64,000 bases of DNA from the NCBI GenBank assembly GCA_037305845.1, contig CP147778.1:480001-544000 (forward strand), in the 5' to 3' direction. Under the pieces are notes generated by a model. That model saw only the letters and a program-made list of their open reading frames with translations, was not told the origin of the DNA and ran no database searches. Shown here one piece after another: positions 1 through 9,906 of this stretch. Both the position numbers and the translations under genes were made by a program. Every line of letters starts with the position of its first letter. Position 1 is the first letter of the stretch. Origin of the DNA: Candidatus Freyarchaeum deiterrae. GTDB taxonomy: Archaea; Asgardarchaeota; Jordiarchaeia; Jordiarchaeales; Jordiarchaeaceae.

Positions 1-36
1 GCTTAGGGCTATTTTCTTTTTGTTGGTTTTGACCAT
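1..36 (-). CDS. 5' end of a gene running off the window (MVKTNKKKIALS..., signal-peptide-like)
   Basis: ATG at 36 on minus strand preceded by GAGGA; basic then hydrophobic N-terminus; truncated by window edge. Confidence 0.5.
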   Translation of the reverse strand, partial: MVKTNKKKIALS

Positions 37-365
37 TTTGTATTCCTCTTGTAAAGAAAGGCGGATAACCACGATTTTTGGTAATCGTTTCCCTCCTTTC
101 TTTTCCTAGACCCTTTTTTGGTGTAGTTTTAGTCTTTTTCCCAAAATTTTAGGTTTTTAGAAGTATATTTAGTTGATTTAGGGCGAAAGTGATATTTATC
201 CTTTTTCTTTTAAAAGAAGATTGCGAATCGGCTATTTTTGGATTAGTGGCTTTGGAATTTAGTCCGATAGAGTATAGAAATGATGCGTTCTTCCCTTTAG
301 TTTTGGGGTTTTATTTTTCCCGTTTTTTAGTGTCCGGTTATTTTTCTCTGTTAGGTTTTTGGGTT

Positions 366-3071
366 TTAGATTGGGAAGGCTGTTTTTATTTCTTCGTAGA
401 GTTCTGGGAAGCTGTTCAGCCATTCTTTTCTTTCTTTTTTGAGTTGTTGGACCATTTTTTCGACTTGTTCGGTGCTGTAGTATTTTTCTAGTTTGAACTT
501 GTCCATGTCGACGCCTTCGACTTCTTTGGGTGCGAGTGTTCCGAAGTGGGGTTCGGGTATCCATTCTATGTTGTTTCGAGCTATGCCTCTTATTATGGAG
601 GCCATTTCTTTTATTTGGATGCGGTCCACTTTTCTTTTGACTATGCTTACGCCTTCCTCGTTTGTTTCTCTTAGTTCTCCTATTCCTCCGGTGTTTACCA
701 GGTAGCAGTGTACTTTGTCGCCGAATTCTTTTATCATGTCGTAGAACTTGTTTCCTTCTAGTCCTTTGTTGCCTACTATGAAGGGGTTGGTTCCCACTTC
801 TCTTACTGATTGTCCGGCTCTTTTGGGGTCGCTTCCCGAGGTTTCTATTGATTCTCCCAGCATGAATGCTGCTGCGGCTTGTTCGATTGTGAGTTTGGAT
901 GCTACGGGTACCACGGTGTTTCTTCTGGTTATTATGAGGAGTATTAGTCCGTCGACTTCGTTTAATGGGGGTAAGTTGACTGTAGGGCTTTTGTATTTTC
1001 CGAAGTCGTCTCTCTGCATTATTCCGCGGCCGTTGCCGGTCAGTATGTCGCTTTCGAATAGTACGTTTCCTTTGTAGTCCACCATCACGTTTTCGAGTAT
1101 AGCGTCGGGTTTGGTTATGGCGTTGTAGATTAGTGGCTGTATTTCCGGGTTTACACCTTCTGTCTTTAGGTAGAATCCTCGCTCAGTGCCTATGGCTGAT
1201 CCGTCGGGTCGTAGTGCGACGAAGTCGTCCTGTACTATTTCTATGCCTTCTCCGTCTGCTTCGTTCAAGTCGTGGGTGTGGCAGCTATGGGTGGTTTTTC
1301 CGGTTGCAGTGAGTCCGAAGATTAGTGTGCTGTAGGTTTTTATTTCGCCAGTTTGGGCGTCTCTGGCTCTGATTTTTTTAGCGCCGGCGTGCAGCCCGAG
1401 CATACCCTGCTGCTTCGCAAACCACATCGCCATTCTCAGGAAGCCTTTCTTAGCTTCACCATAATAATCAGACCCAAGGACGAAGGTTACTCCTATTTCG
1501 GGGAGTACTATTATTTGCCTGTCTTTTTCCTGCCACTCTGGAATATATACTATGAATAGGTGGGGACCATTATAGTCGTCTAGGGGGTCGAAGAGGGTTT
1601 GGTTAACCATGTGAGCTAGCCTAATCATTTCTCCTCTGTGGACAGAGACTAGGAGGGTGCATTTCGGTGTGAAGTCGGGGTTGCCTCCCATAGTGCGTTC
1701 GGTGCATATGAAGGGTGCGCTTTTAATATACTGGAGTATATCTTTCATTGTTTCAGGTAGGTCTTTCATGAGTTCTTTCTGTTTGGGGCTCATTTCGTAC
1801 TGAATCACTTCGGGGCTGCCCGCGGTTATGGTTAAGCCCGCGCTCCTGTTTTTAACTGTGGAGACGAAATTGTAGTTGTTGAAGATTGTTTTAGTCCCGT
1901 ATGCTTCCGCCATCTTTCGGATTTTTTCGTGGGTAAGATGTTTGACGTTGGTTCTCTCGTGGAGATTCTCTACTTCCTGTCTTATCTCTTCCATGTTTAG
2001 CTGGGCGATAATCTCATCAATTTCGGCTTTCGCTCTCTGCTTTTCTTCCTGTAGTGGTTCGAGGTACTCTTTGGAGGTAATTATCCGCCTGACTTCTTTT
2101 TGCATATCTAAAAGAGGGTAGGCTACGTTCAGGTAGTAAACGGCTGCGAATTTGAAAATGTTTTTGTAAAAATCAATCTGGAGTTTTTCACGCTTTTCGC
2201 TACGTATAAGTAGGTAGGGGTTGAAGAAGGGTTGCGGAGAATGGGTGAGTATATCTATAGCTTCTTGTGGATTCAGGCGTTTAGCTATCCTCGCCTCCTT
2301 GCGATTATTCACAAGCAGGAAAATGAGTTTGATACGTGTGGTGTCAAGATACCTTTCATTTCCGCCTATCCACCAAGGATCAAGCATAAAGTGGTTGTCT
2401 TCTTTTTTGCTCTTCTCGTAGAGCGGTTGGAGTCGGGCATAGATTTTTATGAGGTCTCTTTTAAGATAGAATTTTCTCTCGGAGACGGATGTGGATATGC
2501 GTCCTTTCTCTCCTCCGAGCTGTTCGACGTATATTATATCGTCGGAGTGTATTCGCGCACGCTCCAGCTCTAGGAGTAGAAACGCGTTGGTGCTGACGCC
2601 TCTTCCTGTTTCTCCCATTATGGCTATTCCTTCCCCGTTGATGTCCACTAGGCTTCCCCTGATAAAATTTAAACGCTCCTGCTCCTCACTGACATCAGCC
2701 ACGATGCCCAGAGCTAGGGCTCGTACAAATTCGTAATTGTCAACATTAAAAAGTATACCAGTTTTGGTTTCAGAGTTATAGTATATTCCGGGGTTTTCAT
2801 CGTAAACTCCCGTGGCTGCGTATATCACCCCGTGGGGGCGCAGATTTCGTTCTATAGACGCGGGAAACCAGTTCTCTCTCCAAAAATCATCCAGATGGCT
2901 TTCATTAGTTCTCAGCTGTATAATGTAGCCGTTTATGTTAGCGTTCCAAACATAGAGAGAATCATATCCCAGATATCTCTCCGCCTTTTGAACCAAGTCT
3001 TCCCTTGTTTCCCGAGAGATTCCTACGTCTATATTGCCTTCCTTTTTCGGAATCTTTTCTAATTCGCCCAT
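366..3071 (-). CDS. pckA: ATP-dependent phosphoenolpyruvate carboxykinase with an extra N-terminal PEPCK/HPrK-like P-loop domain
   Basis: C-terminal part has YYGEAKKG, LGLHAG, FGLTATGKTT, IVQDD, NGRG, LVNTG motifs of PEPCK-ATP; first ~340 aa repeat the fold with degenerate GETGRGVST/IHSDD. Confidence 0.8.
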   Translation of the reverse strand: MGELEKIPKKEGNIDVGISRETREDLVQKAERYLGYDSLYVWNANINGYIIQLRTNESHLDDFWRENWFPASIERNLRPHGVIYAATGVYDENPGIYYNSETKTGILFNVDNYEFVRALALGIVADVSEEQERLNFIRGSLVDINGEGIAIMGETGRGVSTNAFLLLELERARIHSDDIIYVEQLGGEKGRISTSVSERKFYLKRDLIKIYARLQPLYEKSKKEDNHFMLDPWWIGGNERYLDTTRIKLIFLLVNNRKEARIAKRLNPQEAIDILTHSPQPFFNPYLLIRSEKREKLQIDFYKNIFKFAAVYYLNVAYPLLDMQKEVRRIITSKEYLEPLQEEKQRAKAEIDEIIAQLNMEEIRQEVENLHERTNVKHLTHEKIRKMAEAYGTKTIFNNYNFVSTVKNRSAGLTITAGSPEVIQYEMSPKQKELMKDLPETMKDILQYIKSAPFICTERTMGGNPDFTPKCTLLVSVHRGEMIRLAHMVNQTLFDPLDDYNGPHLFIVYIPEWQEKDRQIIVLPEIGVTFVLGSDYYGEAKKGFLRMAMWFAKQQGMLGLHAGAKKIRARDAQTGEIKTYSTLIFGLTATGKTTHSCHTHDLNEADGEGIEIVQDDFVALRPDGSAIGTERGFYLKTEGVNPEIQPLIYNAITKPDAILENVMVDYKGNVLFESDILTGNGRGIMQRDDFGKYKSPTVNLPPLNEVDGLILLIITRRNTVVPVASKLTIEQAAAAFMLGESIETSGSDPKRAGQSVREVGTNPFIVGNKGLEGNKFYDMIKEFGDKVHCYLVNTGGIGELRETNEEGVSIVKRKVDRIQIKEMASIIRGIARNNIEWIPEPHFGTLAPKEVEGVDMDKFKLEKYYSTEQVEKMVQQLKKERKEWLNSFPELYEEIKTAFPI

Positions 3072-3300
3072 TCTCCTTTCACCAAATTATGTCAAGTCCA
3101 ACCCGTTCGAAATCTACGAGATTTTTTTTAGAAATTAACTAGTTTACTCCTTTTTATACGTTTTCATTAACTCTATTTACTCATAGAACGCCCTTTGACA
3201 GTCTTGCATAAAAAAATGCTTTTCCCATCGATTTCATTCAATTATAAAGGCTTTTCATCCGAGAGAGGAAATTTATAACGCTTAATGCGCATTTAATACT

Positions 3301-3389
3301 AGTCCTTGCAAAAATTTATCCAGTGACCTTTTGGGGATGATGCTGGAAGAGCCGTATGACCGCTTTCGGGATGATTTGCAAAAAGGACT
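3301..3389 (+). ncRNA. box C/D-type guide sRNA with permuted box order (D-C-guide-D'-C')
   Basis: TTTATAA at 3272; terminal stem AGTCCTT-GCAAA/TTTGC-AAGGACT; two kink-turn modules GTGA-cct/ggg-GATGATG and ATGA-ccg/cgg-GATGATT; guide GGAAGAGCCG 3345-3354. Confidence 0.75.
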
Positions 3390-3411
3390 CCTCACATAGA
3401 GGGTTTCTTTT
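3390..3411 (+). terminator. short hairpin plus U-tract after the sRNA
   Basis: CCTC-acata-GAGG followed by GTTTCTTTT. Confidence 0.4.
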
Positions 3412-3481
3412 ATCAAAAGTTCTTAAGGGTACATAATGATTATTAATTAATAACTCAACCTAATCCATTTTTAAAGACCTT

Positions 3482-3934
3482 CTATTCCGGATCTTTTTTC
3501 AATTCATAAATAGTGTCACAGAAAGAATCCCCTTCCGCAAGAGTCTTAATTATATTCAATTTAATCTTATCAGTTACAGCTGCACGGAAATATTCATGAT
3601 CGATTTCCATTACTGCTTCGCATAGTTCCCTTGATGTGTTTTCTAGGCCAAAGGGACATTTTGTACCCTGGATTTGAAATTTGTCATCAGAGATTTTAAT
3701 TACTTTAACTTGGTTTGGATCAAAACTTTCGGAAAAGGCTTTCGCAACAGTTGATAATTTGTTGTTTGGCAGTTTTTTCCTAATTTTTAAACCGAGAGCT
3801 CGACCTTGTTTCGTACATATATCTTTAATAATGGGCAAAGTCTCTTTTCCCACCATTTCATAAAAGGCTTTAATTAGCATTCCCTGAGCTTCTATCGGAT
3901 TCTTCGGTAATTTTTCAGAATTTTTATCATCCAT
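3482..3934 (-). CDS. V4R/ATC-hydrolase/MetOD-like small ligand-binding protein
   Basis: GTKCPFG, ELCEAVM, LAEGDSFCD Cys pattern. Confidence 0.6.
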   Translation of the reverse strand: MDDKNSEKLPKNPIEAQGMLIKAFYEMVGKETLPIIKDICTKQGRALGLKIRKKLPNNKLSTVAKAFSESFDPNQVKVIKISDDKFQIQGTKCPFGLENTSRELCEAVMEIDHEYFRAAVTDKIKLNIIKTLAEGDSFCDTIYELKKDPE

Positions 3935-4071
3935 GGTATTCCCTCGGAATCAAATGACTTTATTTTAAAATTAAAGAATGCTTTTCCTATTTTTTACAAA
4001 TTTCTTGTGGCATTCTTCAAGGAATTTCAAATTTATATTCATAGGCCTTATTCCTTCTAAATATCTGATTA

Positions 4072-5199
4072 CTATTCCGAAGAATTTTTTTGGTATAATC
4101 TTTCTGAAATGTGTTTCGAGAGTTTATCCAAGTTTTTTCCTGTTTTTGCCGAGATGGGAATTATTCGGTTCCCATTGTCTGAGTCAAATACAGACTTGGT
4201 TACGTCTAGTATTTCCTCCAAATTTTCTTCGTCTATTTTGTCTATTTTGTTTAGTACTACAGTGATTTTCTGCTTTTGAACGGGGATGGTTTCCAGCACT
4301 TTTAGTCCTTCGCTTAGCTTTAGTGCTACTATGTCTGGAGGCTCATTTGCGGGAACTAGGAATACCAGGAGGTCGGCGTATTGGAAGTCTATTAGGTTTA
4401 TTTGAAACGCGGTCAGTAGTCGGGGGTCTAGGTCGATTACGAAACCTATGGTGTCCACAAATAGGACGTTCTCGTTTTCCAGCCACTTTTTGTACTTTGC
4501 GGATAGGGTTGTGAAGGGTTTTCCGGTCACTAGTTGGTCTGCTCCAGTAAGCCTGTTGAAGAGAGTTGTTTTCCCAGAGGTGTAGTAGCCGCCTATGGTG
4601 ACTATTTTGGCTCCTTCCTCCTTTCTCTTCATTACCTGCATTTTTTTCTCCTCAAGCATTTTGTTTATCTCCTTCTTTATGGAAGCCTCCCTCTTTGTGT
4701 TGGCTTTTAGGGTGCTGTGCATTGCGTATTCTCCGCCGCCCATCAGAGAAGCGTGTTCCTCTTTATACCTTTTCGAAGCTAACAGCTTACGTAGGGGAGC
4801 CTCCTTGTTCATTCTAGCCAATTTAATTTGGAGAACCGATAAACTGTCTGTGGCGTTAGCTTCAAAGATCTCAAGGGTTAGGTCGTATCTGTCTATTATG
4901 TTTGCTTCCAGCTCTCGGGAGAGATTCAGGAATTGCATAGAGGATAGCCTATTGTAAACAATGAAATTATCAATCTCCTGCGATTGCATAAGCTCCTTTA
5001 GTTCCTGCACCTTCCCCCTTCCGAAGAGGAGATAGTTAGTAGGGTTTCTAACCTGTACTACTTCGTCTACTACATCATATCCCACGTTCTTGGCGAGTTC
5101 GGTTATCTCATCCAGCTTCACACGGAACAAAAATTGGTCACGAGCGTCGTCCTTCAAAATTCCGACCAAGGCACGTTTATTGAATGTTCTTTTTTCCAA
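4072..5199 (-). CDS. hflX: HflX GTPase (archaeal short form)
   Basis: FGRGKVQE, IIDRYDLTLEIF, G1 GYYTSGKTT, G2 FTTL, G3 DTIGF, G4 NKID, G5 SAK. Confidence 0.85.
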   Translation of the reverse strand: MEKRTFNKRALVGILKDDARDQFLFRVKLDEITELAKNVGYDVVDEVVQVRNPTNYLLFGRGKVQELKELMQSQEIDNFIVYNRLSSMQFLNLSRELEANIIDRYDLTLEIFEANATDSLSVLQIKLARMNKEAPLRKLLASKRYKEEHASLMGGGEYAMHSTLKANTKREASIKKEINKMLEEKKMQVMKRKEEGAKIVTIGGYYTSGKTTLFNRLTGADQLVTGKPFTTLSAKYKKWLENENVLFVDTIGFVIDLDPRLLTAFQINLIDFQYADLLVFLVPANEPPDIVALKLSEGLKVLETIPVQKQKITVVLNKIDKIDEENLEEILDVTKSVFDSDNGNRIIPISAKTGKNLDKLSKHISERLYQKNSSE

Positions 5200-5339
5200 T
5201 TATTCGCCCTCTTTGAGTTTTTTATACACGATTAGGGAAAAGCAAAAATATGCGTTCACCGCCTAATAGAAAGTAAGAAGGTTTAATCAATCTTCCCTAA
5301 GCCCATATTTTAGCATGGGAGGAGTGGAGTGGATTAGCT

Positions 5340-6140
5340 ATGGCTTTTGTTAGAACCAACGATGATATGTTAAGGCTTTTTGAAAGGTTTAAGGGTGGAA
5401 TCAAGTTTTACGACGCGGAGATGCTCATTGCAATATTTCTCACAACGCCTGAGTTTTTAAGAAAGATTCTACCCCCACCACTAGAGCCACCCCAAATTCC
5501 CTTGGGCCTAGTCTATGTAGCTAATTTTCCCAAAACAAGTATGATTCAGTCCTACCGTGAGGCGGCGATATTTCTGGACGCCCAGTTCGAGGGGAAGCCT
5601 GGAAATTACTGCTTAGCCATGCCCGTGGACAATGACATGGCGATGGTTCAGGGAAGAGAGCTGGCGGGTTTCCCAAAAAAGATGGCTGAAATCTCCCTTG
5701 AAAAAAGAGGAAAAAGAATAGTGGGATTAGTCACCCGGAGGGGAGTGGAGATCCTAAAAATTAAGGCCTCACTCACCGAGCAGGAATTAACACGCGATCA
5801 GGTTTACCAGTTGTTCGCAGCGGACAAGGACGAGCGGGGTATGCCCATTTTCACTTATCTCGTCAGGGGATTCCCTTCCCTTAAACCTGAGGGCGAATCT
5901 AAGCCTCAACTAATTTATTATGAAACCCGCCTACTTCCCAAAAAGGTGGAAGTGATAACCCAGATTGAATTAACTTTCGGAAAATCAGAGATAGATCCGT
6001 ACCATGAAATAGAGATAATGGAGGTAGAAGGTGGAATATACGGAACTTTCGAAAACACTATGGTAGGCGGAACAAAAGTATTAGAATTCGAGAGCCCTCA
6101 AAACCTAGCACCCTACCTATTCTACAGATATGATCTCTAG
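5340..6140 (+). CDS. acetoacetate decarboxylase-like (Adc) family protein
   Basis: LPPPLEP, YREAA, GRELAGFPKK Schiff-base Lys motif. Confidence 0.8.
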   Translation: MAFVRTNDDMLRLFERFKGGIKFYDAEMLIAIFLTTPEFLRKILPPPLEPPQIPLGLVYVANFPKTSMIQSYREAAIFLDAQFEGKPGNYCLAMPVDNDMAMVQGRELAGFPKKMAEISLEKRGKRIVGLVTRRGVEILKIKASLTEQELTRDQVYQLFAADKDERGMPIFTYLVRGFPSLKPEGESKPQLIYYETRLLPKKVEVITQIELTFGKSEIDPYHEIEIMEVEGGIYGTFENTMVGGTKVLEFESPQNLAPYLFYRYDL

Positions 6141-6243
6141 AAGAGGAACAAAAAAGGTTAAAAAAATGTAATATATGACCACACGAATGTTTTGAAACTA
6201 ATTACGTCATTTTCCTGATTAACTTGAAGGTAAGGGACAAATT

Positions 6244-7761
6244 TCATGCCGCTGGTTGGAACAGCGAGATTATTCTTTGGATGTCTAATCCCCAGCCGAA
6301 AAGATGTGAAAATCCCAGCAGTAGAAATATTCCGACAGCGAGGCTAGCAAGGGTGATGGGCACTCCTATTTTCAGAAATTGTCTCCAGGAGACATGGTGT
6401 CCCTCCTTTTCTAAGGAGGAAATTCCGATTAGGTTTGGGAGACCTCCTAACGGGGTTAGGCTGGCTCCTAGGTTCGCTCCGTATATTAGTGACCATATTA
6501 TAAGGTTCTGATTTATAAAAGCGGACGCGGATAGGCTGGGTGTAACAAAGAGTAAAGCTGTTGTCACAGAAATGTTATCGAGCACACCTGATAGTCCTCC
6601 ACAGAATAAAGTTACCACAGAGGCTGTCGCCGGAACGTTAGCGAATAAGATTGTTCCAAGGCTGTTACCCATGAGTTCTAGGACATTGGTTCTGTTAACG
6701 CCGCCTATTATTATGAATATTCCGATGAAGAAGAATATGAGGCTCCAGTCCACCGCTCGTAGGGTTTTCTCTGGGTCTTCTCCGCTTACAAAGAGAAATG
6801 CAAAAGCAAACACAAGTGATACAACATAAAATGGTATGCCCAATAAACCTGCTATAACGAATCCTGCTATGGTTACTGCGAGCAGTATGCTTAATCGTCG
6901 GAAAATTTTTGGGTTTTTTATTACAGAGCGCTCATCGAGGGAGAGTAGTTCCTCTCTCTTTTTCAGGTATTCCTTATTTTCTTTAGGAATATGGAATGCA
7001 TCCCTGTAGTGGCGGAATATGAAGAACAGAGCGATCACCGTACCAAGCCCCGCGACTGGCAATCCTAACACGAGAAAAGTAGGGTAGGAGAGATAACGTG
7101 TCGGATCCAGATTATAGTGGCCGGTAACCAGAACGTTCACGAAGTTACCTATAATTGTGGACGACCCCGCCGCGTTGACTACAAACACCGTGCCGAGTAT
7201 GTAGGGTACCGGGTTGAGGTCTAATATTTTGGCTATCTGATAAGTTAGGACGCTTACTATAATGAAGGTGGGATCGGAGTTTAAAACCATTGTTAGAAGA
7301 AATGCTAGTATCCACATGTAAATGAAAAGTCTTTTAACATCCCCACCACTTAGTTTGGCGACTTTAATAACAATGTACGCAAACACTCCTGAACGAGTGG
7401 CAACAGTCGTTATAATAACAACTGAAATAATAATGAGCAAGGTTGACCAGTCGATAAATTCCTTGTAAACATCAGTGTAAGAGAACAACAGCTCATGGCT
7501 TAGGCTTGGACCATAGACAACGGATGTAAAAGGGGGAACCCAGGAATAAACATAGGAGAAGTATCCTCCAGCAATGAGTGTTGCCACAGCTCCTCCTAGA
7601 GCTGCCACCGTTTTGTGAAGACGCTCAGTTGCTATAAGCCCAAAGGTAACAATAATAATAGCAACAAAAACTATTTGGGCTGAAAGAGGTGGCTGAATCA
7701 AATAAGGAGCCAATTCGGAAATAAGGGGATCAACCATGTACTTCAACCCAGATTTATTCAC
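6244..7761 (-). CDS. ArsB/NhaD (SLC13-like) ion transporter
   Basis: many TM segments; VDWSLIFFFIGIF, LSGVLDNI, GANLGASLTPLGGLPN. Confidence 0.8.
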   Translation of the reverse strand: MNKSGLKYMVDPLISELAPYLIQPPLSAQIVFVAIIIVTFGLIATERLHKTVAALGGAVATLIAGGYFSYVYSWVPPFTSVVYGPSLSHELLFSYTDVYKEFIDWSTLLIIISVVIITTVATRSGVFAYIVIKVAKLSGGDVKRLFIYMWILAFLLTMVLNSDPTFIIVSVLTYQIAKILDLNPVPYILGTVFVVNAAGSSTIIGNFVNVLVTGHYNLDPTRYLSYPTFLVLGLPVAGLGTVIALFFIFRHYRDAFHIPKENKEYLKKREELLSLDERSVIKNPKIFRRLSILLAVTIAGFVIAGLLGIPFYVVSLVFAFAFLFVSGEDPEKTLRAVDWSLIFFFIGIFIIIGGVNRTNVLELMGNSLGTILFANVPATASVVTLFCGGLSGVLDNISVTTALLFVTPSLSASAFINQNLIIWSLIYGANLGASLTPLGGLPNLIGISSLEKEGHHVSWRQFLKIGVPITLASLAVGIFLLLGFSHLFGWGLDIQRIISLFQPAA

Positions 7762-7954
7762 TAATATTTACTGAGGAGAGGAGCGAATACTTGCTTGAAA
7801 ATCCAGATTAGGGGTTTAAAAACTTATCTTGCTAATAAAGACAGATTTCTATGAACTGCCCCCTAAATATATTTTGGAACTGCTGCAAAACGGGGGCTAA
7901 TCTAATCTCTACTAGTGGAAGCTTTGGCGGAGCTAATTTTTAGAGAGTTATGTT

Positions 7955-8221
7955 CTATTTGTCTTTGAGTAGCTTGGATTTTATCTGACGTAGCCGCTCC
8001 AGGCTTATAGATCCAGCTTGATAGGCTTGAACAGCGACCATTAACTCTTCTATGATTTCGCGGTTTTTCAATATAAGCTCTGGAAGAATGTTGGGATCCC
8101 TCTCCTTTACTGATAACTCCTTCCAACAATCGTTAAAATGATCATTAATACTATTATTGAACACCTCGGCATCTATATCAGCCACTATTTTCTTCAAGCA
8201 ATCAAGAACGATCTCTACCAT
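7955..8221 (-). CDS. hypothetical helical protein
   Basis: clean 88-aa ORF in an otherwise empty gap, purine-rich sequence before ATG. Confidence 0.55.
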   Translation of the reverse strand: MVEIVLDCLKKIVADIDAEVFNNSINDHFNDCWKELSVKERDPNILPELILKNREIIEELMVAVQAYQAGSISLERLRQIKSKLLKDK

Positions 8222-8697
8222 CCCTTAAACCCCCTTACCCGGAGATACCGCCATCAAATTTTCAGAGATCGAACTAAAGATCCTAATTAAGCTCCACCTA
8301 GGTTTCAGGAAGGTCTCGTATCGTCCACGCATGGATATAACATTGCGCCCATATACAACTTTGATAAACGAGTATTCTTCGACGCGGTACTGCCTCGGTA
8401 ACACCGAATTTTGAGCCTTACTCTCTATCTTTGTGAGGACTTTATTAATAAATTTATTTTATCATAAAAATGGTAAAAAAGTTAATATTATATAAAAAAT
8501 TGGAAAAAAATTTTTTATATTTTCAGTATTTTATAACATAGTTTATCTAAGAATCATACTTCTAAATGTTTAAACGTTAATAGCGTGATAAAGAGCAAAA
8601 GCTACGACCTTTGGGTACTCATCCTTAAAACTCAGTTCCGCTCTATCAAAGCGAAGTTCTAAAAAAAATTCTACGAAGACGGGTTGTGATATAATTT

Positions 8698-9891
8698 TTA
8701 GAACCAGTCTCCGGTTGAGAGTTTTTGAGGCAAGTAGGTTTCGGTTAAGTATTCGAATCCATGACTACTTAGTGCTTGAATCTCCGCCTTCCTTTTTAAC
8801 TCTATCATAAGTTGGAGGTCCTTAGTCCACTTTACATTCTTTTGAACAAAGGGCTCCTTAAGCATCTCCTTAGCACGCTTAATGTCCTTATCCGTCATCT
8901 TAAGCCAGCACTCTTTAGGAATATTATAATCGTCAAGGTCCTTGCTCAAGACTCCTAGGAGCTTCAATTCCGGTGTTGCAAGGAAGGGTGATTCATAGCT
9001 GAGGCGTTTACTGCCCCTGAGATAAACACTGTATATGTACATACCGTAGGGATCACTATCCATCAGTGCGAAGGCTGGAATTTTGAGTGCCTTTACCATT
9101 TTTCTGAGGAAGCTTCTCGTGGCTATGTCTGCTGATCCCTTTCCAGTTATTATGATACAGGGGACTTTGTTCCACCACTTGGCTTCGCTCAGCCGAATGA
9201 GTGCTGCGTCCTTTTCAACGACGAGTATGAACTCTGCATCGCTTTCTACTATTTTGATTTGGTCTAGGAAGGGTGTAATCGACCAGCCGCCGCTTCCTAG
9301 TTTTGTGAGGTCTATGTTGTCCCCGCTATCTCTTATGATGAGTCTACCTATGGCCATTCCCTTGGCACTCGCCACTACGTGTGTGGAGTCACGAGTGGTA
9401 CTGAGAAGAGGGGGAATGTCGTCTATTATTTTATCGCTGTAGAGCTGGTCTTTGAAGAGGTTAACATCATTGTAGAAGATTTCACGCTTCGTAGCGTGAA
9501 TGTCTCTCTCAACCAGGGTGTGTATGATTTCCATTACTCTCATGGTTCTCGCAACATCTGATGAGGTGGCTAGGCTTAGAAGAGCTCTTCCGCTCTTACC
9601 CTGTCCGAGGAGCAGTAGGTCACTATCCTCATCATATATTATATTGTCTCCTCCTCTCTGCGGTATCTCTATTACTGGTGGCTTTTTTTTCTCGACCTGT
9701 GATAGGAGTTCGCGCGATAGCTCGTGAATTTTTTTGTGAACTTCTTCTGAGGGTAATTCCTCAACAATCGCCGCACCGCTTGGTAGCTTGAACTTTGATT
9801 TCCTTTTTTCATTCATTTTTTCCTTAAGTTCCCTCACTTTATCAAGAGTGAGTTCAGATTTCACTACTCTTTCAGTCTTAGCCTTTGGCAA
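8698..9891 (-). CDS. top6A: DNA topoisomerase VI subunit A
   Basis: TKREIFY catalytic Tyr, TOPRIM VVEKDA, GKG, DSDPYG, KAEIQAL; adjacent to subunit B. Confidence 0.95.
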   Translation of the reverse strand: MPKAKTERVVKSELTLDKVRELKEKMNEKRKSKFKLPSGAAIVEELPSEEVHKKIHELSRELLSQVEKKKPPVIEIPQRGGDNIIYDEDSDLLLLGQGKSGRALLSLATSSDVARTMRVMEIIHTLVERDIHATKREIFYNDVNLFKDQLYSDKIIDDIPPLLSTTRDSTHVVASAKGMAIGRLIIRDSGDNIDLTKLGSGGWSITPFLDQIKIVESDAEFILVVEKDAALIRLSEAKWWNKVPCIIITGKGSADIATRSFLRKMVKALKIPAFALMDSDPYGMYIYSVYLRGSKRLSYESPFLATPELKLLGVLSKDLDDYNIPKECWLKMTDKDIKRAKEMLKEPFVQKNVKWTKDLQLMIELKRKAEIQALSSHGFEYLTETYLPQKLSTGDWF

Positions 9892-9906
9892 TTGTTATTC
9901 GCTCTC

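Noticed and set aside
53-103. Hairpin followed by ACA on the minus strand (H/ACA-like)
   Set aside because: no K-turn and pocket-to-ACA distance about 18 nt; more likely a 5' UTR hairpin of the truncated gene
3301-3389. SECIS interpretation of the AUGA...GA motifs
   Set aside because: stems closing the GA pairs are only 3 bp and no adjacent ORF needs an in-frame TGA; C/D interpretation fits better
8224-8331. 35-aa ORF MRGRYETFLKPRW... upstream of the 88-aa gene
   Set aside because: no SD or recognisable motif; cannot be supported
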